From: Candidatus Nomurabacteria bacterium
GTDB taxonomy: Bacteria > Patescibacteriota > Minisyncoccia > Phycocordibacterales > SBAW01
DNA: 64,000 nt
Direction: 5' to 3'
Assembly (NCBI GenBank): GCA_943356495.1
Contig: CALRFF010000003.1
Location: 551-64,550, forward strand
Made by a program: the position numbers and the translations under genes. Below are positions 40,220-49,179 of the stretch, in pieces. Numbering within the stretch: position 1 is the stretch's first letter; the number at the start of each line of letters is the position of its first letter. Below the pieces are notes generated by a model. That model was not told the origin of the DNA and did no database searches. It saw only the letters and a program-made list of their open reading frames with translations.

Positions 40220-43200
40220 CTACAGGGCTTTTAGCGCGTCGGCGACCATGCTGAGTTCGCCGTTGCGGTTACTTAGTCTGCCTTTAAGCGCGATATACTT
40301 TTCGGGGCGCAAAATATCCTTATGCTCCGCGTAGCCTTTAGGAAAGACGACCGCCTCTAGCTGGTCGTCAAAATCACTGATTTTTATAAACGCCATCTGG
40401 TCGCCGCCTTTGGTAAGTATCACGCGTACGTCAGAGACCATGCCGGCCGCTACAATCATTTGCCCCGGCGATACATTGCTTTTTATCTGCGCCAAGTTCA
40501 TCGTGCGCGCCGCCAGCTTGTCTTTGTATTTGTCGAGCGGGTGGCCGGAGACATACAGGCCCAGCAACTCTTTTTCCCACCCGAGCCGCAGTTCTTGCGA
40601 TGCGGCAGCGGCGGGCCGGAGCGCCAGCTCGCTTGCAACACCGCCGCCGGCAAACAACGAGTCCTGCGCGCTGTCTTTTTGCGAGTCGCGATGATACTCA
40701 AGCAAGCGCTCCAGGTTGGCAAGCATTGCGCCGCGCTCGCCGAGCGAGTCGAGCGCTCCGCACATTATTAAACTTTCGAGCGAGCGCTTGTTGAGTGTTT
40801 GGCCTTTGATGCGCGATAAAAAGTCCGACAGGGTCGTGTACCTGCCGTTTGTTTTGCGTTCGGTAATAATTTCGTCGGCAATGTTGCGCCCGAAGTTTTT
40901 TATCGAGTACAGCCCAAAGCGTATCGAATCGGTGTCGGCCTCGGCGGCCAGCGCGGCCGCTTTGGCGGTGCGCTCTTTGGTCGCCCCAAGCAGTACCGTA
41001 AAGTCGCCGAAGCTTTCGTTAACATCGGGCGGCAAGACGGGGATACTCGCACGTTTACACTCGCCGACCATAATCGCAATGGTGTCCACGTCGCCGGACT
41101 CGGCGGTAAGCACCGCCGCCATGTACTCCACCGGATAGTTGGCCTTCATGTACGCGGTCTGGTAGGCGACACGGCCGTAGCTCGCGGCGTGCGCTTTGTT
41201 AAACCCGTAGGCGGCAAAGGGCTCGATAAGCTTCCACAATTTTTCGGCCAAGCCGGGGCTTAGTTTGCCGTAGCCTATAAACCCTTTAATCAGTTTTTCT
41301 TTTTCGGCGGCCATCACGGCGGGGATTTTTTTACCCATCGCTTTGCGCAGCATGTCGGCCTCGAGCCAGCTGTACCCGCCGAGCGTAATAGCAGTAAGGA
41401 GTACGTCGTCTTGGTACACGAGCACCCCGTAGGAAAAATCGAGGTACGCGCGCATGCGCGGGTCGAGGTAGTGGATACGGTCGGGGTTGTGTTTGCGTTT
41501 GATGTACTGCGGGATAGTTTCCATCGGCCCGGGGCGGAAGAGTGCGACCATCGCGTTAATGTCGTGTATGGTCGTGGGCTTAAGTTCCTTTAAGTAGCGC
41601 GTCATGCCCGCGCCGTTTAACTGGAAGGTGCCCTCGGTCTCGCCGCGCGCCAGCATTTCGAATGTGTGGGTGTCGTCGACCGGTACATTTTCGATATCTA
41701 TTTTTATGCCGCGGGTTTTCTCTACCAGTTTGACCGCGTGCGCCAAAATAGCGAGGTTACGTATACCAAGAAAGTCGAACTTAAGCAGGCCCGCTTCTTC
41801 TATCGAGTACATATCGTACTGTGTAATTATTTTGCCGCCTTTGGGGTCGAGTTGGAGCGGCGTAAAGTCGACCAAGGGGGTGGGCGACATCACGACGCCC
41901 GCAGCGTGCACACCCACGTGGCGGGCGCAGCCTTCGATTTTTCTGCCGAGGTCGATAACCTCGCGCACCTCCTTTTCTTTTTTGTACATCTTTTCGAGTT
42001 CCGGATTTTCGGCCAAGGCGCGCTCGAGCGTCATGGGGAAGCCCTGCGAGCCGAAGGGGATTTCTTTGGCAATGCGATCGCCGAGCCCGTACGGTTGGCC
42101 GAGTGCGCGGGCGACATCGCGCACCACCCCGCGGGCAAGCATGGTGCCAAAGGTACCGATTTGGGCTACCTGTTCGTTGCCGTATTTTTGCCGCGCGTAC
42201 TCGATAACCTCGTCACGCCGGTTGTCGGCAAAGTCCATGTCGATGTCCGGGGCACTGGGGCGCTCTGGGTTAAGAAACCGCTCGAAGGGGAGTTTGTACT
42301 CAAGTGGGTTTACATTGGTAATGCCGGTCACGTAGGTTACTAAGCTGCCGGCGACCGAGCCGCGGATAGTGGTGAGTATTCCGTTTGTACGCGCAAACGC
42401 CAGCAGGTCGGCTACTACTAAAAAATACGGCGCGTAACCCTTGTCGGTAATAATTGTAAATTCGTACTCAATGCGCTCACGTACCTCGGGGTTTGCGGAG
42501 ATAAAGCGGCGCTTGATGCCTTCTTCTATAAGTTCGCGTAGTGCGTCGTTGTAGGAAACACCGCCCGGTTTGGGGTAGTTAGGGAAGACCCACTTTCCTA
42601 GATCAAGTTCTAAATTACAAGAGTCGGCAATTTCTAAAGTTTTGGCCAGCTGCGCCTCGCTAAACTTCTCCGCCATCTGTGCGTTAGTGGGGAAGAAGAA
42701 GGCATCGTCTTCTTGTGTAATGTCACCGTCCTCGGCGGGCCCGCGGTTTTCTATCGCGCGCATGGTCTCCCACGCGCGGCGGTCGTCCGGTTCTAAGTAG
42801 TAGATTTCGCTCAGTGCGACTTCGTTCGTTGTCGGGTCGAGCGTAATAAGTCCGGCGCTGTGCGCGCTTAGCATCTCTTGCGTAACAGTCGGATTTTCGG
42901 GTGTCGCCAAGTGCGACTTGGTTACCAACTGCAAAAGGTTTTGGTAACCCACGCGGTCCTTTGCATATAGTAGAGTGCGCTTGCCATCGCCTACGTGTGC
43001 ATCGAGGCCGATAATTGGCTTAATGCCTGCGCTCTTACATTCTTTATAAAACTCTATCGCGCCGTACAGGTTGTTAAGGTCGGTGAGCGCCAGCGCCTCG
43101 CATCCTTCGGCCTTTGCGCGCGCCACCAGCTCGGGGATTTTAGGCAATGCTTTAAGCAAAGAGTAGTGCGAGTGTACGTGGAGGTGTACGAAACTCTGTG

Positions 43201-43252
43201 CCATGCACCCACTATACTCCCGGGGTAGTACCTTGAGCCAATGCTGATACAA
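40220..43252 (-). CDS. dnaE: DNA polymerase III alpha subunit (DnaE type, 1010 aa)
   Basis: PHP domain FVHLHVHSHYSLLKA, polymerase core FDFLGIRNL, OB-fold C terminus. Confidence 0.9.
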   Translation of the reverse strand: MYQHWLKVLPREYSGCMAQSFVHLHVHSHYSLLKALPKIPELVARAKAEGCEALALTDLNNLYGAIEFYKECKSAGIKPIIGLDAHVGDGKRTLLYAKDRVGYQNLLQLVTKSHLATPENPTVTQEMLSAHSAGLITLDPTTNEVALSEIYYLEPDDRRAWETMRAIENRGPAEDGDITQEDDAFFFPTNAQMAEKFSEAQLAKTLEIADSCNLELDLGKWVFPNYPKPGGVSYNDALRELIEEGIKRRFISANPEVRERIEYEFTIITDKGYAPYFLVVADLLAFARTNGILTTIRGSVAGSLVTYVTGITNVNPLEYKLPFERFLNPERPSAPDIDMDFADNRRDEVIEYARQKYGNEQVAQIGTFGTMLARGVVRDVARALGQPYGLGDRIAKEIPFGSQGFPMTLERALAENPELEKMYKKEKEVREVIDLGRKIEGCARHVGVHAAGVVMSPTPLVDFTPLQLDPKGGKIITQYDMYSIEEAGLLKFDFLGIRNLAILAHAVKLVEKTRGIKIDIENVPVDDTHTFEMLARGETEGTFQLNGAGMTRYLKELKPTTIHDINAMVALFRPGPMETIPQYIKRKHNPDRIHYLDPRMRAYLDFSYGVLVYQDDVLLTAITLGGYSWLEADMLRKAMGKKIPAVMAAEKEKLIKGFIGYGKLSPGLAEKLWKLIEPFAAYGFNKAHAASYGRVAYQTAYMKANYPVEYMAAVLTAESGDVDTIAIMVGECKRASIPVLPPDVNESFGDFTVLLGATKERTAKAAALAAEADTDSIRFGLYSIKNFGRNIADEIITERKTNGRYTTLSDFLSRIKGQTLNKRSLESLIMCGALDSLGERGAMLANLERLLEYHRDSQKDSAQDSLFAGGGVASELALRPAAAASQELRLGWEKELLGLYVSGHPLDKYKDKLAARTMNLAQIKSNVSPGQMIVAAGMVSDVRVILTKGGDQMAFIKISDFDDQLEAVVFPKGYAEHKDILRPEKYIALKGRLSNRNGELSMVADALKAL

Positions 43253-43884
43253 TGGTCTTAATGCCGCAGGAATTCATCCTCGGGGTGGACGAAGCGGGGC
43301 GGGGGCCCTTGGCGGGGCCGGTTGCGGTAGGGGTCGTTGCCTTGCCGCCGGGGTTTGATGTATTAAAGGAATTTCCGGGGGTTAAAGACTCTAAGCTTTT
43401 GAGCGCTCAAAAGCGCGAAAAGATTTTTGTCGAGGTCGAGCGTCGCGCCAGCCGCGGCGACCTGCACTTTGCGGTCTGCTTTTCGAGCCACCGGTTTATC
43501 GACGAGTACGGTATTACGCACGCGGTACAAACTGCCGTGGCGCGCGGTGTGCGCGAGCTTGCCCCGCCCAGCCGCGGCGTCGTGTTGCTCGACGGCCTGC
43601 TGCGTGCGCCCAAAAACTATACCCAACGCACTGTCATACATGGCGATGGGTTGGTGCCGGTCATCGGCCTTGCCTCGATACTCGCAAAAGTTACCCGCGA
43701 CCGCTTGATGGAGCATCTTGCGCGCTTGTACCCCGAGTACGGGTTTGACCAACATAAAGGCTATGGCACCGAAGTGCACTTACGGGCCCTACGCCGCCAC
43801 GGCTTGTGTGATATTCACCGCCGTACCTACTGCAAAGTTGGTGTGCACAAACGGCTTGACCGATTAGTACAAAGGGTGGTATAG
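43252..43884 (+). CDS. rnhB: Ribonuclease HII
   Basis: ILGVDEAGRGPLAGPVAVGVVAL, DSKLLS. Confidence 0.85.
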   Translation: MVLMPQEFILGVDEAGRGPLAGPVAVGVVALPPGFDVLKEFPGVKDSKLLSAQKREKIFVEVERRASRGDLHFAVCFSSHRFIDEYGITHAVQTAVARGVRELAPPSRGVVLLDGLLRAPKNYTQRTVIHGDGLVPVIGLASILAKVTRDRLMEHLARLYPEYGFDQHKGYGTEVHLRALRRHGLCDIHRRTYCKVGVHKRLDRLVQRVV

Positions 43885-43969
43885 TGCTTATCCAGTTGCT
43901 CTACTGCTTTGTTTTGTACTCAACCGGCGTATCAAATTAAGAAACAGCAAAAGGTTAAGGGGTTACGAA

Positions 43970-44218
43970 ATGACATCCAAGGGACCGAAGGCGGAACGGA
44001 TTCCCAAACGTAAATGCGGCGGCATCTGCAGAGATTGTCCGCTGCAGCGAGACTTGAGGCTCAAAGACGCACAGGTGTTCTGCGGCGCGGAACACGCCAC
44101 CATCGGCATGAACCGGTGGAAGCTTATCCCGAACGGCCCGTGCAAGGACCGTCCGGGGTCAGATACCGCTTCTGCTTTGCCGTCGCCGTGGGTTACCTCG
44201 TTGGCGCAAGCAGGTTAA
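43970..44218 (+). CDS. Small cysteine-rich hypothetical protein
   Basis: aagggg RBS 7 nt upstream, CGGICRDC...C...C, strong terminator at 44226-44257. Confidence 0.45.
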   Translation: MTSKGPKAERIPKRKCGGICRDCPLQRDLRLKDAQVFCGAEHATIGMNRWKLIPNGPCKDRPGSDTASALPSPWVTSLAQAG

Positions 44219-44225
44219 CCGCTAC

Positions 44226-44257
44226 GGCCCCGTCTTCGGACGGGGTCTTTTCTTTTT
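44226..44257 (+). terminator. Rho-independent terminator
   Basis: GGCCCCGTC-TTCG-GACGGGGTC followed by TTTTCTTTTT. Confidence 0.8.
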
Positions 44258-44282
44258 AGCCCTTATTTGATAGGGTATTGGC

Positions 44283-44513
44283 ATGGTAGTCAGGATGAGA
44301 AGCACCCGGTCGCACACGGCAAACCGCCGTTCGCACCATGCCTTGGTGGCCCAGACGCTCGCGGTATGCGAGTGCGGGGCTACGCGCGTGTCTCATCGCG
44401 CCTGCCAGACCTGCGGCCGCTACAATGGCCGCGTGGTAGTTGATGTAGCGGCCAAGGCATCCGCCAAGGCGGCTAAGCGTGCAAAGAGGGATAAAAGCGA
44501 GGGGCAGAAATAA
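44283..44513 (+). CDS. rpmF: 50S ribosomal protein L32
   Basis: RRSHHALVAQTLAVCECGATRVSHRACQTCGRYNGR matches the L32 zinc-ribbon consensus. Confidence 0.85.
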   Translation: MVVRMRSTRSHTANRRSHHALVAQTLAVCECGATRVSHRACQTCGRYNGRVVVDVAAKASAKAAKRAKRDKSEGQK

Positions 44514-44598
44514 AATTCTGCGGTTCGGTTTTAAATCTCTGGTACAATTGCAGACATAGAAGCGCAGGGGCGGTTTGTAGCGCGTTCTTCAAATAACA

Positions 44599-45522
44599 AT
44601 GGCCAATAGGCACCTTTCACGCTCAGTAGTCCTCCAAACACTCTTCGAGTGGGACATCCGCCAACTCTCCGCGGATGTCGCGCGTGATGCCTTGCGCCGC
44701 AATGCCGCCGAGTTCGCCCCCGGCGCCGCGGACCTCCCGTTTATGGAAGACTTGTTGGTGGGCAGCGTTTCGCGCCGCAACGACCTCGACTTGGTTATAG
44801 AAAAGGCCGCCCCCGAGTGGCCCTTGGCGCGTATTGCGCCGGTCGACCGCAACGTATTACGGCTCGGCCTCTACGAGCTCCTTTTTGCCGATAGGGAAAA
44901 GGTTCCCGCTAAAGTCGCTATCAACGAAGCCATCGAGCTTGCCAAAAGTTTCGGCGGCGACAACAGCGGCCGGTTTGTTAACGGCGTGTTGGGCGCGGTA
45001 TACAAAGAGTTGGGCGAGCCCGGCAAAGACGATGTCGGCAAAAAAAAGAAGGACGTGCCCTATGCCGAGATGCCGGTGCAAAACCTCGGCGGTGCGGTAG
45101 TGTACTGCCGGCAGGGCGGCGACCTGTACTTGGCGCTGGTGCACGACATCTTCGGTCATTGGACGCTTAGTAAAGGTAAAATCGGTGATGCCCCCGAGAT
45201 AGCCGACGAAAGCGTCGAGGAGGGGACCGTGCGCGAGATAAAAGAGGAGTTGGGCCTTGATATTAAAATAAAAGAGAAGTTGGGGGAAAACGAGTACGTC
45301 GCGAGCGACCCCGCGACCGGCAAAAAGCGCAAACATGTCACGTACTTTTTGGCCGAGTCGCCGTTTACCGAGGTAAAGCTCGAGCAAAAAGGCGGACTCG
45401 ACGACGCGCGGTGGTTTAGACTCCAAGACGCGCTCGACCTTAACTTTTATGAAGATATGCTGCCTATTATCCAAAAGGCCGTAGAACGCCTGTCGATGCA
45501 GACCAAGAAAACAAAGAAGTAA
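44599..45522 (+). CDS. nusB: NusB (N-terminal ~140 aa) fused to a C-terminal Nudix hydrolase domain
   Basis: NusB: RSVVLQTLFEWDI...LLFADREKVPAKVAINEAIELAKSFGG. Nudix box: GKIGDAPEIADESVEEGTVREIKEELGL. Confidence 0.7.
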   Translation: MANRHLSRSVVLQTLFEWDIRQLSADVARDALRRNAAEFAPGAADLPFMEDLLVGSVSRRNDLDLVIEKAAPEWPLARIAPVDRNVLRLGLYELLFADREKVPAKVAINEAIELAKSFGGDNSGRFVNGVLGAVYKELGEPGKDDVGKKKKDVPYAEMPVQNLGGAVVYCRQGGDLYLALVHDIFGHWTLSKGKIGDAPEIADESVEEGTVREIKEELGLDIKIKEKLGENEYVASDPATGKKRKHVTYFLAESPFTEVKLEQKGGLDDARWFRLQDALDLNFYEDMLPIIQKAVERLSMQTKKTKK

Positions 45523-46211
45523 TGAAAGACTTTAATTCGTTCGAACAAAATATCGGAGTTTCATTTAATGACGCCGCGCTTTTACGGCAGGCTTTTACGC
45601 ATCGCTCGTACCTTAACGAACACCGCGGCGAGTCGGGCGGGCACAACGAGCGGCTTGAGTTCCTCGGCGACGCGGTGCTCGAGCTTATCGCCACGCACTT
45701 TTTGTACACCGAGTTCCCCGACAAGCCAGAAGGCGAGTTGACCGCGTACCGCGCGGCGCTGGTCAACGCGGTTACCTGCGCGCAGATTGCCACAGAGATA
45801 GGCATGAACGACTTTTTGCTCCTCTCGCGCGGCGAGGCCAAGGACACCGGCCGCGCGCGCAACATTTTGCTTGCCAACGCGTTCGAGGCGTTGGTGGGCG
45901 CGATATATATCGACCAAGGCTACGACGCGGCCAAGCAGTTTATCTCCGAGCGCCTCTTCCCCCGTATCGACTCAATTATAAAAGAGCGGCTGTGGCAGGA
46001 CGCTAAGTCGTCTTTGCAGGAGAAAGCGCAGGAGCACGAAGGCTCGACCCCCAACTATAAAGTAATGCAGGAGACCGGTCCCGACCACGACAAGCATTTT
46101 GTCGTCGGTGTGTACGTAAAGGACGTATTGCTCGGGCAAGGCGAAGGCAAGGCCAAACAAGAGGCCGAACAAGCGGCAGCCCGCGAGGCACTAGACAAAA
46201 AGGGTTGGTAG
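45522..46211 (+). CDS. rnc: Ribonuclease III
   Basis: Signature ERLEFLGDAVLEL, C-terminal dsRBD, ATGA coupling to nusB. Confidence 0.9.
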   Translation: MKDFNSFEQNIGVSFNDAALLRQAFTHRSYLNEHRGESGGHNERLEFLGDAVLELIATHFLYTEFPDKPEGELTAYRAALVNAVTCAQIATEIGMNDFLLLSRGEAKDTGRARNILLANAFEALVGAIYIDQGYDAAKQFISERLFPRIDSIIKERLWQDAKSSLQEKAQEHEGSTPNYKVMQETGPDHDKHFVVGVYVKDVLLGQGEGKAKQEAEQAAAREALDKKGW

Positions 46212-46274
46212 TGCTATAATACATAGCAGAGGGTCCGGTCGGAAACTCAACAACACAAACACACGAGGTGTGTC

Positions 46275-46787
46275 GTGAATTACCAAAGGTCTGAACCCGC
46301 CACAACATCTAAGCACGTTCCGGGCGGCGCAGCAGTGGTCATCGCCATCATGGGCGAAAAAAAGATTCTCCTAATTAAGGAGACGACCAAGCCGCGGCCG
46401 CATTTTTGGAAGTTTGTCGGCGAGACGGTTGAGCCCGGCGAGCCGATACTCAATGCGCTCTGGGGCGGCGTCCGCGAGGAAGCGGGCCTCGAGCTCGAGG
46501 CCCGCAGGGTCGGCGGCAAAGTGGTCGAGATCATCGACCCGCGCATCAAGGTCACCAGGCAGCTTTTACCGCCGCACTGGGTGCAAAGTCACACCCCCCA
46601 CAAGCGTCATTTCTGGGGGCTTATGACGACCGACGAGGTGGTGCTCGCGCTTTCGGGCAAGCACCACACCGGCGATGTCAACGAAGAGATCGACACGCTC
46701 GCGTTCGATCTTTCAGAGCTCGACAAGATGCCGGACTTCCACCCCCAGCATCGCAAGTTGATCGGGGAGCTTAAGCGAGCCGGCTGA
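46275..46787 (+). CDS. Nudix-family hydrolase (second Nudix gene in the cluster)
   Basis: GETVEPGEPILNALWGGVREEAGLEL approximates the Nudix box. GTG start. Confidence 0.5.
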   Translation: MNYQRSEPATTSKHVPGGAAVVIAIMGEKKILLIKETTKPRPHFWKFVGETVEPGEPILNALWGGVREEAGLELEARRVGGKVVEIIDPRIKVTRQLLPPHWVQSHTPHKRHFWGLMTTDEVVLALSGKHHTGDVNEEIDTLAFDLSELDKMPDFHPQHRKLIGELKRAG

Positions 46788-46810
46788 TATCTGGGCGCCC
46801 CGATTGGTAG

Positions 46811-46841
46811 GCCCCGCGCGAAAGCGCGGGGCCATTTTTTT
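46811..46841 (+). terminator. Rho-independent terminator upstream of smc
   Basis: GCCCCGCGC-GAAA-GCGCGGGGC followed by CATTTTTTT. Confidence 0.8.
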
Positions 46842-46857
46842 GATACAATTACACCGC

Positions 46858-49020
46858 ATGCGGCTGAAATCGATTGAGTTGTCGGGGTTTAAATCCTTTG
46901 CCAAAAAAACTCCGCTGGAGTTCGCCTCTTCTATTACCTCTATTGTCGGGCCCAACGGCAGCGGCAAAAGCAACATTGCCGAGTCGTTTCGCTTTGTGCT
47001 CGGTGAGCAGTCGATGAAGTCGATGCGCGGCCGCCGCGGCGAAGACATGATATGGAACGGCAGTGCCGCCGTGCCGCGCGCAGGGCGGGCCGGTGTTAAG
47101 CTGGTGTTCGACAACTCCGACCGCGCTTTAAATTTAGACTTTGACGAGGTAAGTATCGAGCGTGTGGTGCACCGCGACGGCGTCAACGACTACCTACTCA
47201 ACGGCTCCATCGTGCGCCTGCGTGACGTGGCCGAACTTCTTTCGCAAGCCAACATCGGGTCTTCCGGCCACCATATTATTTCCCAAGGCGAGGCCGACCG
47301 CGTTTTGACCGCCAGTTCGCGCGAGCGGCGCGAGATGATAGAAGACGCGCTCGGGCTTACGGCCTATTTGTATAAGCGCGAAGAGGCCGGCCGCAAACTC
47401 GATAAAACAGCCGAAAATATGCGCGAGGTGCAGGCCCTGCGCCGCGAGTTGGCGCCGCACCTGAAGTTTCTCGGGGCCCAAGTTAAAAAAATCGAGCAGG
47501 CACAAGCGCTGCGCGAGGACTTGGCGGTGCTGTATGCCGAGTACCTCAAGCGCGAGCAAACCTATGTGTCGATAACCAAAAAAGAATTGGCGGGCGAGTT
47601 GCACGAACCGTCCGCCGAGCACAAAACACTGAGCGAGCGGATTAACCATCTGCGCGTGAGCTTAAGCAAAAAACTCGACGACAAAGGCGCCTCAGAGTTG
47701 GTGCGGCTCGAGGAGGAGAGCCGCGCGGTGGCTAAAAAGCAGGAGGCAGCTAACCGCGAGTTGGGTGCGGTCGAGGGCGAGTTGCGCGCACACGAGCGGC
47801 TGGCAAAAGAGGCCGGCGGCACCGTGCCGGTTGCCGAGGCACGCGGGTTTGCTGAGCGGGTTCTAAAGGAGCTCGAGGCCGGCGGCAATATTGCCGCGCT
47901 GGTGGTACTTGCTAAAGAGTTTTTGCGCCGCCTTACACACACGCCCACGGCGGGTCATAGTAAGGGGGAGTTAGAGACCAAAAAAGCGCAGCTCGAAAAA
48001 GAGCTGGCGCATTTGCGCACGCAAGAAGAGCATACCCGCCACGCCGTAGCCAAGCTGCGTAAAGAACTGGAAAGCGAAAAGGACTTAAGCCGCGATGCCG
48101 AGCGCGAGTTGTTTGCCGCGATGGCCCGCAGAAGTGAGTTGGAAACCTCGCTTGCGGGTCTGCGCGCCCGCGAAGAGATGCTGAAGCGCGACGAAGAGCA
48201 ATATAAACAAGAGTTTCGCGAGGCGGCGGTGCTGCTTGGCCATTTGCCCGAGACAGAAGTCTTGTTTGACGACGAACCGCGCGAGGCCCAAGCCGAGCGC
48301 CGCCGCAAACTTGAGCGCCTTAAAATCCGGCTCGAAGAGGCGGGGTTGGGCAACTCTACCGAGGTGTTACGAGAGCATCAGGAAACGACCGAGCGCGACG
48401 CCTTTTTGGAGCGCGAGCTCCAGGACCTCGAGCTTTCTGCGGGCAAACTGCGCCAGCTTATAGAAGAGCTGACAAAAACATTAGAGACCCGTTTTGTCGA
48501 CGGTATAGATAAAATAAACACCGAGTTCGAAAAGTTTTTTAAACTCATGTTCGGCGGCGGTTCGGCAAGTTTGGCGATAGTTAAAGACAAAAAACTGCGC
48601 CGCGGTGCGGGCGAGGCACACGACGGCGATGAGGAAGAGATAGTGGATACCGATATTGAGGTTGAGGAAGGCGTCGAGATTTCTATAGCCTTGCCGCACA
48701 AGCGCATCAAGGGTCTCCACATGCTCTCCGGCGGGGAGCGCGCGCTAACCTCTATAGCGCTTATCTTTGCGATGTCGCAGGTTAACCCGCCGCCGTTTCT
48801 TATATTGGACGAGACAGACGCGGCGCTCGACGAGGCTAACAGCCGCCGCTACGGCGACATGATAGAAACACTGGCACGCCACAGTCAGCTTATTGTTATT
48901 ACCCACAACCGCGAGACGATGAGCCGCGCCGGCGTGCTCTACGGCATCACCATGGGTTCCGACGGTGTCTCTAAACTTCTGTCCGTAAAATTTGAGGAGG
49001 CGCTGGCGGTAGCAAAATAA
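46858..49020 (+). CDS. smc: SMC-family chromosome-condensation ATPase, short form (721 aa)
   Basis: N-terminal head MRLKSIELSGFKSF...VGPNGSGKSN. C-terminal head LSGGERALTSIALIFAMSQVNPPPFLILDETDAALDEAN...VITHN. Only ~220 aa of coiled coil in between. Confidence 0.8.
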   Translation: MRLKSIELSGFKSFAKKTPLEFASSITSIVGPNGSGKSNIAESFRFVLGEQSMKSMRGRRGEDMIWNGSAAVPRAGRAGVKLVFDNSDRALNLDFDEVSIERVVHRDGVNDYLLNGSIVRLRDVAELLSQANIGSSGHHIISQGEADRVLTASSRERREMIEDALGLTAYLYKREEAGRKLDKTAENMREVQALRRELAPHLKFLGAQVKKIEQAQALREDLAVLYAEYLKREQTYVSITKKELAGELHEPSAEHKTLSERINHLRVSLSKKLDDKGASELVRLEEESRAVAKKQEAANRELGAVEGELRAHERLAKEAGGTVPVAEARGFAERVLKELEAGGNIAALVVLAKEFLRRLTHTPTAGHSKGELETKKAQLEKELAHLRTQEEHTRHAVAKLRKELESEKDLSRDAERELFAAMARRSELETSLAGLRAREEMLKRDEEQYKQEFREAAVLLGHLPETEVLFDDEPREAQAERRRKLERLKIRLEEAGLGNSTEVLREHQETTERDAFLERELQDLELSAGKLRQLIEELTKTLETRFVDGIDKINTEFEKFFKLMFGGGSASLAIVKDKKLRRGAGEAHDGDEEEIVDTDIEVEEGVEISIALPHKRIKGLHMLSGGERALTSIALIFAMSQVNPPPFLILDETDAALDEANSRRYGDMIETLARHSQLIVITHNRETMSRAGVLYGITMGSDGVSKLLSVKFEEALAVAK

Positions 49021-49179
49021 CAAAAAGCAGTGTAGAGTTTTTGGAGACTGCAACCGGGAGCAAGTCGATGGCCACCAAAAATGAGTTTGACCGGCCGGAG
49101 CAGCCGGCTACGCACGAAACGCTTGTCCTGCGCCAACGGGACGGTACCTTTTATACCGACACCGTTGAAGACCCGGCGG

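Noticed and set aside
43885-44260. Possible RNase P RNA, tmRNA, SRP RNA or 6S RNA in the rnhB-rpmF spacer
   Set aside because: None of the conserved blocks is present: no RNase P GGAAAGUCCGG P4 element, no tmRNA tRNA-like ends and no SRP domain IV. A well-signalled protein ORF fits better. A covariance-model scan is still advisable.
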